This document shows, in pieces, positions 16,479-26,848 of a stretch of DNA of 64,000 bases. Origin of the DNA: Candidatus Bilamarchaeaceae archaeon (GTDB taxonomy: Archaea > Micrarchaeota > Micrarchaeia > Anstonellales > Bilamarchaeaceae). Under the pieces are notes generated by a model. The model saw nothing but the letters and a program-made list of their open reading frames with translations. It was not told where the DNA came from and made no database searches. The stretch is from positions 111,410-175,409 of the forward strand of contig JAWCKZ010000001.1 of the NCBI GenBank assembly GCA_038851325.1. The letters run 5' to 3'. Position numbers and translations under genes: made by a program. Position 1 is the stretch's first letter. Each line of letters opens with the position of its first letter.

Positions 16479-17915
16479 ATGCAAATTCCGAAATCAAACT
16501 TCTCAGAATGGTACAACGCCATAATAAAGGAAGCTCAACTCTGCGACCTTCGATATGAAGTCAAGGGATTTGTAGTTTTTATGCCCTGGGCAGTTCTTAC
16601 TATGAACAAAATGTATGAAATCTACGAGAAAGAACTCCAGGCGCGCGGTCATCTCCCGGCACTCTTTCCTGCGCTCATTCCAGAGCATTACATAATGAGA
16701 GAGAGTGAACACGTTGCTGGATTTGTGCCAGAGGTTTTTTGGGTAGCAACGGCAGGCAAAAACCAACTTGAGGAAAAACTTGCGATGAGACCTACTAGCG
16801 AAACGGCTATCTATCCTATGTATGCGCTTTGGATTCATGGAAAGAAAGACCTCCCGCTTAAGATCTACCAGAGATGTCAGGTCTGGCGATATGAAACAAA
16901 AGCCACAAAGCCATTCATACGCTCAAGAGAATTTTATTGGATAGAAACACATAACTGCTTTGCCACGAAGGAAGACGCAGAGGACCAAGTTCGTGAGGAT
17001 ATGGAGATGGCAGAGAAGGTTCTTCACGGTGAGTTTGGCGTTCCGTTCCTTTTTTTCAAGAGACCGCAGTGGGATAAATTCGCCGGAGCAGATGATACCT
17101 ACGCTGCGGATACGCTAATGCCTGATCGTAGAGTTCTTCAGCTACCATCCACACACATGTTAGGGCAAAATTTTGCAAAAGCTTTTGGTATAAAATATAT
17201 GGATGAAAACGAGAAAGAGCAGTACGTATGGCAGACATGCTATGGCCCAGCTATTTCAAGAATATACGCAGCAGTGATAGCAACTCACGGAGATGACAAG
17301 GGATTAGTCCTTCCGTTTGAGCTTGCGCCACTGCAGATTGTCATAGTACCTATAGTAAAAAAGGATACGGAACAAACGGTCATAAAAAAAGCAAGAGAGT
17401 TACGCGACAAGTTGGCTGAACGTTACTCTGTCAAGCTCGATGAGAGTGAGGAAACGCCTGGCGCAAAGTACAACTTTTGGGAAATGAAAGGTGTGCCACT
17501 CCGAATAGAAATTGGAATGCGTGACATCGAACATAAATCTGTAACTATCTTCCGACGCGACATAAGGGAAAAGAAGTTGGTAAAAGAAAACGACATTTTT
17601 GAGGAGATAGAAAACATGCGTACAGAGATAAAGGTCGTTTTACGTAAGAGAGCAGATGAGTGGTTTAAAAAACAGCAGGGAGAGGCTGACACAATCGAGG
17701 AGCTCAACAGTGCACTTGAGAGATATGGACTTGTTAAAGTGCCATTTTGCACAGATCGCATGGAAGGAGAGAGATGCGCTGATGTTGTTAAAGAAAAATG
17801 CCATGCAAATATAAGAGGAACGCTTTACGGAAACAACGAAAGTCCAAAAGGAAAGAAGTGCATCGGATGCGGGAAAAAAGCTACACTGTATCTATATGCT
17901 GCCAGGCAGTATTAA
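16479..17915 (+). CDS. proS: prolyl-tRNA synthetase (archaeal/eukaryal type with a C-terminal zinc-binding domain)
   Basis: Class II aaRS motifs. Archaeal-type N-terminus FSEWY. C-terminal Cys cluster CIGCGKKA. The ORF extends upstream to 16452, but ProRS homologs start near MQIPK. Confidence 0.9.
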   Translation: MQIPKSNFSEWYNAIIKEAQLCDLRYEVKGFVVFMPWAVLTMNKMYEIYEKELQARGHLPALFPALIPEHYIMRESEHVAGFVPEVFWVATAGKNQLEEKLAMRPTSETAIYPMYALWIHGKKDLPLKIYQRCQVWRYETKATKPFIRSREFYWIETHNCFATKEDAEDQVREDMEMAEKVLHGEFGVPFLFFKRPQWDKFAGADDTYAADTLMPDRRVLQLPSTHMLGQNFAKAFGIKYMDENEKEQYVWQTCYGPAISRIYAAVIATHGDDKGLVLPFELAPLQIVIVPIVKKDTEQTVIKKARELRDKLAERYSVKLDESEETPGAKYNFWEMKGVPLRIEIGMRDIEHKSVTIFRRDIREKKLVKENDIFEEIENMRTEIKVVLRKRADEWFKKQQGEADTIEELNSALERYGLVKVPFCTDRMEGERCADVVKEKCHANIRGTLYGNNESPKGKKCIGCGKKATLYLYAARQY

Positions 17916-17970
17916 ACATGTTTAGGCAACCAAGGAAAAACTTTTAATCCACAACGCCCTAGGCATTATT

Positions 17971-20640
17971 ATGATTACTCAAAAAAGCCTGTTGACTCAA
18001 AAGGTTGAAACCTATCTAATCCTCGCAAAGGAAAGCGAGCGCTTTTGGCATTTTCTTGGTGTTTTCTTAGCCGCTCTCCTTATGCTGAGTACAATCAAAT
18101 TTTACCCGCTCTTTATTGTCTTCCTCCTCGCTGCAATTTGTGGTGCAATAGCTTATTTCAAACCACCCTTGGCTACCATTGCCTCTTTCATTTTTGCATT
18201 TCCAGCAGTTGTGTACCAATCGGCAGCATTTGGTTGGATCTTCGCTCTCATACTTGCCATAGTACTCTTTGAGGCGTTTGAAAACTGGACAATAATAACT
18301 GTGCTTCAAATATTGGTAATGGCCCCGTTTGCCTTTGATAGACTTCCGGTATTTGGTTGGATGTCTATATTTTGCATGCTCGCCTTTTCGTTTCATTTCG
18401 GTTCGAAGCGAAGCGCCCTCATTTCTATCCCAGCAGTACTCTCTATTCTTCTTATGTCAACTCTTCTCTCCACCGAAAACAGCGCTTTCATGCCAATAAA
18501 TCTTCGACTATACGCGCCCTATTCCGAATTTATGTTTAAAAAAAATGCGGTAGAAATAGAAAACCTGAGTAGCGAACTCCTAAAAGCCATAGATCGTTTT
18601 TTCAATGCCCAAAACATGGGTTCTGTATTTCTAGCCATAAATTTAATTGCAACAAACATTTTTACTATTCTCTTCGTTGACTCTGGACTTGTGCAGCTCT
18701 TGGGATGGACGACTGTTCTTTTCCTTGCACCCTATCTTTCCGCGCGGCTAAAGAACAGGCCGCAGCTGTTCTCCAGCCTTTCGCTTCTTATCTTAATCCC
18801 GGTTTACTACTTTGCCGGAATGATTTCTGGCACTGGCCTCCATCTGGGCTTTGTTGCTGCTGTTATTTTTTCCATTGCGCTTTTTGGGCTTATGGAACAC
18901 ATCGGCTGGCGGATAACCAGAGAGACAGAGCTCCAACGTGCTGAGAAAGTGAAAGAATACGGAAAGTTTGGATTCAAAGATGTTGGAGCTGTTGCAACAG
19001 AGACGCTTGCGGACATAGGTGGTTACGAAAAAATAAAACAAGAACTAAAAGATGCTATCATGCTACCTCTAGAAAGGCAGGAGATAGCTCATGCATATGG
19101 AATGAAACCCCCGTCTGGAATTCTTCTTTTCGGTCCTCCAGGCACAGGAAAGACAGCGCTGATGCGTGCGCTCGCACGGGAACTTAAATACAACTTTATA
19201 GAAGTAAAGTGCTCCCAAATCCTGTCCCAATGGTATGGTGAATCTGAGAAGAACATCGCAGAAGTCTTTGCTACTGCTCGCAAAACTGCTCCAACAATCC
19301 TGTTCTTCGATGAGATAGACACTATAGGAAAGAAGAGGGCTGTGGCCGCGACAGATGAGGTAACACCGCGAGTGCTGAGCGCGATGCTTCAGGAGATGGA
19401 CGGAGCTGTTAAGTCAAAAGCATCTGTAATTGTTGTTGGCACAACAAACATCCCAAATCAGCTTGACCCTGCCCTTCTCAGACCTGGACGTTTTGACAAG
19501 ATAATCTACATGCCGCTTCCTGATTTCGAAGGAAGAAAAGCGATATTCAAAGTACTTACGAGAAAGCTCCCATTAGATCCTGATGTTGACTTTGACCTAC
19601 TCGCAAAAAAAACAGAGCGCTTCTCCGGTGCGGACATAAAGAATATAATTACCGAAGCAAAGAACGCCGCCGCAAAAGAAGCAGCCTCAAAGGGCGTGAT
19701 TGTGCCGATTGGAATGAGACATATTCTCCCCCTTCTTAAATTTGTAAAGCCAAGTACCACGTTGGAACAGTTAGCGGAGTATGAAAAATTTAAGATGGAC
19801 TTTGAAAGAAGCATAGCTGCAAAGGAGAAGAAGCCAGAGATCGAGGAGGTTAAATGGAGCGACGTTGTTGGCATGGAGAATATTAAACAGACTTTGCTCG
19901 AGACCATACAGCTTCCACTCCTTCACGAAGATCTTATGAAACAGTTCAATATAAGACCAAGCAAAGGAATACTCCTGTTTGGCCCGCCCGGAACAGGCAA
20001 AACATTAATCGTGCGGGCCGCTGCAAATGAATTAAACGCTTCTTTCCAAGCGCTGAGCGGAGCTGACCTCATGAAGAGAGGGTATTTCTATGCCACAAAC
20101 GTAATAAAGGAGGCATTCAATCGTGCGAGGGAGAACGCACCGTCGATAATTTTCATAGACGAGATAGAAACATTCTTACCAGCACGCGGTGCAAGCTCAT
20201 CAGAGATGGTCGGGCAGTTCCTCGCGGAAATGGACGGAATAAAGGAATTAAAAGGGGTCGTGGTTATTGCGGCCACAAACAGACCTGACCTTCTGGACCC
20301 TGCCATTCTCAGACCAGGCAGGTTCGACAAGATATTCTACATCCCCCCGCCTGATGAAAAGTCAAGAGCGGAAATATTTAGACTTAATCTTGGGGAGTTC
20401 GCTAAAGGGATTGATCTAGAAAAACTTGCCAAGCTTACGAATGGCTTCAGTGGCGCTGATATCGCAGCAATATGCAGAGATGTAAAAATGATGGCTTTAC
20501 GCGAAAAACTCACTGGAAGAGAACCAAAAATAACGACTGTGATGATAGAAGAGATAATAATGCAGCGGCGCCCATCGATAACACCGATGATGCTTAAGCT
20601 CTATGAAGCATTTATAGAAAAATACGGCGAACGCAAATAA
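17971..20640 (+). CDS. CDC48/VAT-like double AAA+ ATPase fused to an N-terminal polytopic membrane domain of about 320 aa
   Basis: Two complete AAA modules (GPPGTGKT twice, DEID Walker B twice, SRH regions LRPGRFDKIIY and LRPGRFDKIFY). The first about 320 aa comprise roughly 8 hydrophobic helices in place of the usual CDC48 N domain. Confidence 0.8.
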   Translation: MITQKSLLTQKVETYLILAKESERFWHFLGVFLAALLMLSTIKFYPLFIVFLLAAICGAIAYFKPPLATIASFIFAFPAVVYQSAAFGWIFALILAIVLFEAFENWTIITVLQILVMAPFAFDRLPVFGWMSIFCMLAFSFHFGSKRSALISIPAVLSILLMSTLLSTENSAFMPINLRLYAPYSEFMFKKNAVEIENLSSELLKAIDRFFNAQNMGSVFLAINLIATNIFTILFVDSGLVQLLGWTTVLFLAPYLSARLKNRPQLFSSLSLLILIPVYYFAGMISGTGLHLGFVAAVIFSIALFGLMEHIGWRITRETELQRAEKVKEYGKFGFKDVGAVATETLADIGGYEKIKQELKDAIMLPLERQEIAHAYGMKPPSGILLFGPPGTGKTALMRALARELKYNFIEVKCSQILSQWYGESEKNIAEVFATARKTAPTILFFDEIDTIGKKRAVAATDEVTPRVLSAMLQEMDGAVKSKASVIVVGTTNIPNQLDPALLRPGRFDKIIYMPLPDFEGRKAIFKVLTRKLPLDPDVDFDLLAKKTERFSGADIKNIITEAKNAAAKEAASKGVIVPIGMRHILPLLKFVKPSTTLEQLAEYEKFKMDFERSIAAKEKKPEIEEVKWSDVVGMENIKQTLLETIQLPLLHEDLMKQFNIRPSKGILLFGPPGTGKTLIVRAAANELNASFQALSGADLMKRGYFYATNVIKEAFNRARENAPSIIFIDEIETFLPARGASSSEMVGQFLAEMDGIKELKGVVVIAATNRPDLLDPAILRPGRFDKIFYIPPPDEKSRAEIFRLNLGEFAKGIDLEKLAKLTNGFSGADIAAICRDVKMMALREKLTGREPKITTVMIEEIIMQRRPSITPMMLKLYEAFIEKYGERK

Positions 20641-20642
20641 AA

Positions 20643-22385
20643 CTAAACCTTACGACTTCCCTTTCTTTGCAGTTCATACATCTCTTTTACCTCATCGGTT
20701 GTTGTCGCTTCTTTCGCGCTTCTATCTTCTCTAAGCCTAAGCATCCGTGGAAAGCGAAGTGCATAACCCTTATCTTCATGTAGACCGCATGTATGAATAG
20801 GTGAAAGTGTTATCTCATCAAATGCGACCTCAACAACATATTCAGGTTCTACCCAAAAATCCGGCTTTATTCTGTAATCAAGGTCCTTCGGTGGCTCCTT
20901 TCGTTTTATCTTGTCAAGCGCTCGCTTTAGCGACACCATTTCCTCCTCGCTAAAACCAGAACCTATCTTTGCGACAGTTTCATACTTATTCCTGTCCGGA
21001 TTATAGACAGCTATCAGAAGACCGCCAAATTTAAATTCAGCCCGTGCTCCCTTTCCGAGATAATAGCCAACGATTACTCCGTCTATCGTGTCGACCGCTT
21101 TTCCATACGATTTCTTCAACTTTATCCATGCAAACTTTCTCTTCCCAGCTGTATAAGGAGCATTCAGGTCCTTTGCCATTATTCCTTCAAGTCTTCGATT
21201 TATTGCATCTTCAAAGCACTCCTGAAGTTCCTCTGCAGTCTTTACTATTTTTTGCTCACTCAACTTAAGTATTCCCTCCCTATCTACCGGTATTACTTTC
21301 TCAAGCGCAGCTCTTCTCTTACTATACGGCTCCGTTGTGTAATCCTTTCCATTTAGATAGAGAAGGTCAAAACAGAAAAGATTTAACGGAAGCTCCTTCT
21401 TTGCTTCCTCAACACCGTATTTTCTCTTTCTTTGGATCGTCTCTTGAAATGAGTAGTATCTCCCCTCTTTTTTGTTGTAAGCAAGCGCCTCCCCTTCCAG
21501 GATTATTTCCTTCTCTTTCAGTCTTTTTACCGCGTCAACTATCTCTGGGAACATATGGGTCATTCTGTCAAGCCTTCTGGAGTAGAGCTCTACATTCTCT
21601 CCGCTTTTGTGTACCTGAAGCCTAAAACCGTCGTATTTTCCTTCGCTTGCGCACTCTCCGATTTTTTCTATTATCTCCTCTGGTGTGCTCAACCGTTCCG
21701 CCAGAGCAGGCATGAGGGGCTTAAATGGCTGAACGGTGAATCGCTCTACTTTCTTTTCATCTTCATAGAAAAGCCGTGCGACATAGCCGATGTCTGAGCA
21801 GACATCATATGCACGTTCCAATCGTTCTCTCCACGATTTATCCCCAAAGCGTGCCACTGAGAGCGCATCGAGTATAGTCGGATCACCAACACCAAGACGA
21901 AGTCTCCCAAGCACGAAACGTATAATGTAACGCGCTTCAAGAGGACTTGCACTATTAAGCAATTCCGCGAGATATCTCTTTTTTAATTCATTACTCCCAG
22001 GACCGGAAGTTTTAGCAATTCTCATCAGCGCCTCGTGAAGATAGATGATCGTCATCTCTGATTTGCTGAGTGAAAGTTGTTTTTTCTTTTTTAGGAGTTC
22101 TTCCGCAGTTATTCCCAAATCGCCTGTTTTCTTAAAATGCGCTTCAACGTCTTTTTGAGAGTAACCTGTTGCCGATGCTATCGCGTCTATTGCAAACCGC
22201 TCACCAAGGCCAAGCTCAATCCCTTCAAATGGTGGCGCAACAACCCCCTGCACAAAATAAACAAGTTTTTCTATCTCCTTGCTGTCAGCCTTTTTAAAAA
22301 GTCCTGCCAACAATCCTGTCATTTCTATTCTTCCGCTTTTGCTCTCAACCTTATCAAAAACCTCTGCAACTTCTTTGAAATGCAT
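20643..22385 (-). CDS. lig: ATP-dependent DNA ligase
   Basis: Adenylation motif KYDGFRLQV (K-x-DG-x-R), OB-fold and DNA-binding domains. About 580 aa, typical of archaeal LigA-type ATP ligase. Confidence 0.9.
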   Translation of the reverse strand: MHFKEVAEVFDKVESKSGRIEMTGLLAGLFKKADSKEIEKLVYFVQGVVAPPFEGIELGLGERFAIDAIASATGYSQKDVEAHFKKTGDLGITAEELLKKKKQLSLSKSEMTIIYLHEALMRIAKTSGPGSNELKKRYLAELLNSASPLEARYIIRFVLGRLRLGVGDPTILDALSVARFGDKSWRERLERAYDVCSDIGYVARLFYEDEKKVERFTVQPFKPLMPALAERLSTPEEIIEKIGECASEGKYDGFRLQVHKSGENVELYSRRLDRMTHMFPEIVDAVKRLKEKEIILEGEALAYNKKEGRYYSFQETIQRKRKYGVEEAKKELPLNLFCFDLLYLNGKDYTTEPYSKRRAALEKVIPVDREGILKLSEQKIVKTAEELQECFEDAINRRLEGIMAKDLNAPYTAGKRKFAWIKLKKSYGKAVDTIDGVIVGYYLGKGARAEFKFGGLLIAVYNPDRNKYETVAKIGSGFSEEEMVSLKRALDKIKRKEPPKDLDYRIKPDFWVEPEYVVEVAFDEITLSPIHTCGLHEDKGYALRFPRMLRLREDRSAKEATTTDEVKEMYELQRKGSRKV

Positions 22386-22476
22386 GAAGGATTAGACCCT
22401 AAATAGGTTAAAAAACCTTGCATGTTTTCATTCACACATAATCCCCAGATTTAAAAAAAGATGGTGAGAGCAACAT

Positions 22477-24252
22477 ATGGAAGTTTCAGCAGTACTTAGT
22501 CTCGGAATTGTGCTTCTCTTTGCCACATTGGGCGGTATGCTTTCAGTAAAACTTAGGCTACCACCGGTAGCAGGCCTTCTCATCGCAGGCATGCTTATCG
22601 GTCCGAATGTTTTAAACCTCGTAGAACCAAACACGATAAACATATTCGCAGAGATTGGAGCAATTCTTCTCCTTTTCATGATAGGCGTTGAGTTTAGCAT
22701 AGCAAAAATTCTTTCCATAGGTCTTCGAGCAGTAGTAAGCAGCTCTCTACTTATGCTAATGACTTTTGTGATAATGCACGAGGCAGCGATCCTGCTCAAT
22801 TTTAATCCCATAACTGCATTAGCCATCGCAGCAGTTTTTTCTATGTCGAGCACTGCTATAATGGTAAAGGTGCTAGAGCAGAAGGGGTTCACAGAAAGAT
22901 ACGAAGTGCCGCTCCTAATTGCCATTCTAATAATAGAGGATATAATCGCGGTATTTCTGTTAACCTTTTTTTCTGGTCTAAGGAGCGGTTCGTATGAAGC
23001 CGATGAGGTAATAAGCTCTGTGCTCATATCGCTAGGGCTTCTCGGGTTTTGTTATGTAGTACTGCTAAAACTTCTTCAGAAGTTTTCTGATATCTTTCTT
23101 CGCTATCAAGCTGAGGACACTCTAATGCTCTTTTCATTTTCTCTTGGTATGATTATGTCAACTTTAGCATCTCTTCTAGGTTTAGCTCCGTCTATAGGCG
23201 CTTTCCTTGCGGGTAGTATTATAGCTGGATTACCTGAAGGAAAAAAATTTGAGGATGCCATAAGACCCTTCTCTTTTCTTTTCGCATCATTTTTCTTCCT
23301 CTCTATAGGTATGATGATAGACCCGCTCAACACGATTACTAATGCAGGGATCACACTTGTGCTCATAGCCGTATTTATGATAACGGTATTTTTTGCAACA
23401 GTATTTGCATTCTTTCTGATAACTGCCAGCGGTCGCTCTGCTGTATTCGCTGGCCTTGCCATGCTCCCGCTGGGTGAATTCTCTCTTCTTATTGCAAGAG
23501 AAAGCGCAGGGATTGCGCAGATAAACCTCATAGATGTCGTTTCAGTTGGTGTTCTCCTGACGTCTCTCTTTTGCTCACTGCTTTTGAACTATTCAGATGC
23601 CGTCTATACTAGAATAAGATGGATGATACCTTTACCACTAATTAGAACGCTAGTTAACTCATCAAATTATTTTAGAGCGGTTATAAGCGCGTTCGAGCCT
23701 AGAGGATATTTTCATAGATTATTTTTAGAAGAAATGAGAGCAGTTGCTATTGACATACTTGGTATCGTTTGCGCTACTCTTATCTTCATGATAATAAAAC
23801 CGCGTCTCGACTTTATAGTAACAATAGCAAACTATAATATACATGCTAGCATACTGGCATTGAGCGTGCTTCTTGTATTCTGTTTCATTCCTCTCGGTAG
23901 GCTTTTCGGTTCTTTCAGAAGGCTTTTTGATGCTCTTTCAACCATAATCGCTCGCACTACTCCAAAACCAACCAAGGAAGCGATACTGCGCAATCTTCTT
24001 ATCGCAATGGCTCTATTTCTAATTTTTGTCCTCACTCCTGCAACAGTCGAGCTGCTCTCCCTCCCAAGAATATTTACTCTATTTTCATTCGTCTTTTGCG
24101 TATTATCATTCTTCTTTCTCTGGAGTGCACTTCGTAGCGCTGCGCTAACAATTCAGATAAAACGAGGAAAGCCATTTGAACTACTCGGCACGCATATAGA
24201 AGTTCCAAAAGATAGTATGATTATTCTAAAGCCAAAGAAAGAGAGTAGGTAA
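22477..24252 (+). CDS. monovalent cation:proton antiporter (CPA family, Na+/H+ exchanger-like) with an extra C-terminal membrane domain
   Basis: About 12 TM N-terminal transporter region with a conserved MIGVEFS-type helix. C-terminal 200 aa are an additional hydrophobic domain of unknown function. Confidence 0.7.
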   Translation: MEVSAVLSLGIVLLFATLGGMLSVKLRLPPVAGLLIAGMLIGPNVLNLVEPNTINIFAEIGAILLLFMIGVEFSIAKILSIGLRAVVSSSLLMLMTFVIMHEAAILLNFNPITALAIAAVFSMSSTAIMVKVLEQKGFTERYEVPLLIAILIIEDIIAVFLLTFFSGLRSGSYEADEVISSVLISLGLLGFCYVVLLKLLQKFSDIFLRYQAEDTLMLFSFSLGMIMSTLASLLGLAPSIGAFLAGSIIAGLPEGKKFEDAIRPFSFLFASFFFLSIGMMIDPLNTITNAGITLVLIAVFMITVFFATVFAFFLITASGRSAVFAGLAMLPLGEFSLLIARESAGIAQINLIDVVSVGVLLTSLFCSLLLNYSDAVYTRIRWMIPLPLIRTLVNSSNYFRAVISAFEPRGYFHRLFLEEMRAVAIDILGIVCATLIFMIIKPRLDFIVTIANYNIHASILALSVLLVFCFIPLGRLFGSFRRLFDALSTIIARTTPKPTKEAILRNLLIAMALFLIFVLTPATVELLSLPRIFTLFSFVFCVLSFFFLWSALRSAALTIQIKRGKPFELLGTHIEVPKDSMIILKPKKESR

Positions 24253-24316
24253 AGAAGGCCGTAGATGAAAGATCGGAAAACCAAATAATTTAAAGCACAT
24301 TGCGAGTCATCTGTAC

Positions 24317-25555
24317 ATGCTACTTGATTGTCTTGGTGCGTGTCGTGAAGTTGGAAGAAGCGCATTTATGCTTCATACAGATAGAAAAATTCTTCTTGAT
24401 TATGGAATAAAGGTCTTTGATGTATCTGGAAAACCCAAGTTTCCCACGGAGGAGATAAGACCAGATGTTGCTGTGATAACTCACGCGCATCTTGACCACA
24501 GCGGATTCGTGCCTGCACTTTACAAGCACTCAAAACAATTAAGATGGCTTGCAACCCCGCCAACGGTTGACATCTGCGAAATTCTTTGGGCGGATTCTAT
24601 GAAAATAATGAGCGAGGAGCTACCGTACGCTGAGCGGCAGTATAAACTTGCCCTTAGACAGTGGAGCCCCATCACTTACGGCCAACCGCAATCATTTGGC
24701 AATACAACAATAAAAGCAATCGATGCTGGTCATATAGCTGGTGCAGCGATTGTGGAGATAGAGCATGAAAACAAGAGAATTGTCTATACTGGAGATTTTA
24801 AACTGGAGAGCACACACATGCACAAAGGGGCTAGAACAATAAAGGATGTTGATATCTTAATAATAGAATCAACATACGCAGATCGAGAACACCCGGATAG
24901 ATCAGAGACTGAAAAAAGAATAATCTACGAACTCCATGAAACGATAAACGCCGGCGGTTCTGTCCTTTTTCCAACATTCTCGCTTGGGCGAACGCAGGAA
25001 TTAATATCCGTAATAAGAAAGCATGATAAAAGCATTCCAATTTTTCTTGATGGTATGGGAAAAGAACTAACCAAGATATACCTCAGATATGGCGGCTATA
25101 TAAGAAATCCAGACGCCTTTAAAGAAGCAGTAGCTAGTATTACTACGGTTGAGAGCGTGGAGGATAGAGTAAAGGCTATTCGAACGCCAGGCGCTATAAT
25201 CTCAAGCTCAGGAATGATGATGGGTGGACCTGTGCTCAATTATTTGTTTAACATAAACAATCGCTCAAAGATAATATTCACTGGGTATAATGTAGAAGGA
25301 AGTAATGGATGGAACCTTCTTAACAAGGGATTCATAATAAAGGACGGTCAACAGCTACTCGTTGATTTACCTGTAGAATATCTCGATCTCTCTGCACATG
25401 CGGGGCGAAGCGATCTTCTCAGATTCATAAAAGAAGCAAATCCTGAAAAAATTATTCTTGTTCATGGTGATAAACCAGAAAATTTCGCTGAAGAGTTAAG
25501 GGCAAAAGGATACGACGCGGTAGCGCCATCTATAGGTGAGAGGATAGAACTATGA
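24317..25555 (+). CDS. beta-CASP family metallo-beta-lactamase ribonuclease (aCPSF2 / RNase J-like)
   Basis: HAHLDHSG motif (MBL motif II), downstream D and H motifs, and a beta-CASP insertion. About 410 aa without KH domains. Confidence 0.75.
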   Translation: MLLDCLGACREVGRSAFMLHTDRKILLDYGIKVFDVSGKPKFPTEEIRPDVAVITHAHLDHSGFVPALYKHSKQLRWLATPPTVDICEILWADSMKIMSEELPYAERQYKLALRQWSPITYGQPQSFGNTTIKAIDAGHIAGAAIVEIEHENKRIVYTGDFKLESTHMHKGARTIKDVDILIIESTYADREHPDRSETEKRIIYELHETINAGGSVLFPTFSLGRTQELISVIRKHDKSIPIFLDGMGKELTKIYLRYGGYIRNPDAFKEAVASITTVESVEDRVKAIRTPGAIISSSGMMMGGPVLNYLFNINNRSKIIFTGYNVEGSNGWNLLNKGFIIKDGQQLLVDLPVEYLDLSAHAGRSDLLRFIKEANPEKIILVHGDKPENFAEELRAKGYDAVAPSIGERIEL

Positions 25556-25935
25556 ATGAGCACTCCGAATTTTATGTAGAAACCAAGAAACGAATTGAGA
25601 TTATAGATATAACCTCAAAGGTTGAGGAAAGGATTGGAAGCGGCGATGCTGTTGTTGTTTTTGTTCCACATGCCACTGCTGCACTGATAATAAATGAATT
25701 CGAACCTAACATAAAGGCTGATTACGAGAATTTTTTCTCAAAGATAGCAAAGGGCGAATGGAAGCACAATGTAATAGATGATAACGCCGAGGCCCACATT
25801 CTCGGTGCGCTCATATCACCATCGATAGTAGTGCCTGCGGAAGGTGGAAAACTGTCGCTAGGAACATGGCAAAGAATAATGCTAGTGGAGCTCGATGGTC
25901 CGAGAAAAAGGAGGGTAATCGTGAAGATGATCTGA
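25552..25935 (+). CDS. YjbQ/UPF0047 family protein (secondary thiamine-phosphate synthase-like)
   Basis: 127 aa with conserved VPHATAAL and NADAHI-like (DNAEAHI) segments characteristic of UPF0047. Confidence 0.7.
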   Translation: MNEHSEFYVETKKRIEIIDITSKVEERIGSGDAVVVFVPHATAALIINEFEPNIKADYENFFSKIAKGEWKHNVIDDNAEAHILGALISPSIVVPAEGGKLSLGTWQRIMLVELDGPRKRRVIVKMI

Positions 25936-25954
25936 ATGCGTGAAGATGATCTGA

Positions 25955-26848
25955 ATGGTGAGGGAGCGGCTACTCTGGATCGACGTTGTACGAACACTTG
26001 CGATCTTCCTTATAGTACTTTTTCATTTTATCTATGAGATAAACCCGGATCAATCGCTTCGTTGGATAGGTTATGTTGGTGTTTCGCTTTTTTTTATTGC
26101 GAGCGGCTATGTGCTTGCCAAGAACTACCCAGATCTTGAAAATCTCAACCTCAGTTGGCTCAAGAAAAGATACGTCAGGATAGTATCGCTATATTACCCA
26201 ACCCTAATCGCAATCGTTCTTCTTTTCTCAACGCAGACGTGGTATAGAGGCATCCATGATCTAATCCTTCATTTTATCTTCCTGAATTTTGTATCTCACG
26301 ATACCCTTTATTCGATAATAAGTCCTGCATGGTTCCTTATTCCCTTGATGGGCTTCTATCTCTTCTTTCCGTATCTTAACCGTTTACTCAAGTGGTCAAA
26401 ATACATCCTCATTATCGCCTTCCTTCTGATGATCGCAGACAGGATTTTGATTGAAAAGGGCTGGATCTCCTACTCCCCTCTCTCTTTCCTTGGGGATTTT
26501 TGTTTCGGCATAGCGTTCGTTCAAGATAGAAAGAACTTAGCGCTTGCTGCTTCAGTACTCACAGTCATCGCTAGCCCTCTGATGGCAATTCCATACTTCA
26601 TCTTTTATCTCATGTCTTCCATCGAACATTGGAATGCAGACCCCTTCGGTATATTTTCTACTATAAGCAAGTACACGCTCGAAATATTCCTCTTCCATGA
26701 ATCTATAATGATGGTATTGCTTAGGAAGTGGAGCATTTATAGCCTTGACATTTTCTCTTCGCTTGCGGTTCTCATTATCACTTTATCTATAGTTGAAAAG
26801 ATATCTATTTTGGTTCAACAGTGGCTTTTGCCAAAGATAGATGGTTGA
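25955..26848 (+). CDS. acyltransferase family 3 membrane protein (OafA-like)
   Basis: About 10 TM. N-terminal LWIDVVRTLAIFLIVLFHF matches the acyltransferase_3 signature (R...H). Confidence 0.6.
   Translation: MVRERLLWIDVVRTLAIFLIVLFHFIYEINPDQSLRWIGYVGVSLFFIASGYVLAKNYPDLENLNLSWLKKRYVRIVSLYYPTLIAIVLLFSTQTWYRGIHDLILHFIFLNFVSHDTLYSIISPAWFLIPLMGFYLFFPYLNRLLKWSKYILIIAFLLMIADRILIEKGWISYSPLSFLGDFCFGIAFVQDRKNLALAASVLTVIASPLMAIPYFIFYLMSSIEHWNADPFGIFSTISKYTLEIFLFHESIMMVLLRKWSIYSLDIFSSLAVLIITLSIVEKISILVQQWLLPKIDG

Noticed and set aside
22428-23027. 199-aa ORF on - strand
   Set aside because: Antisense to the cation/proton antiporter gene, which has a clear transporter signature. Spurious.
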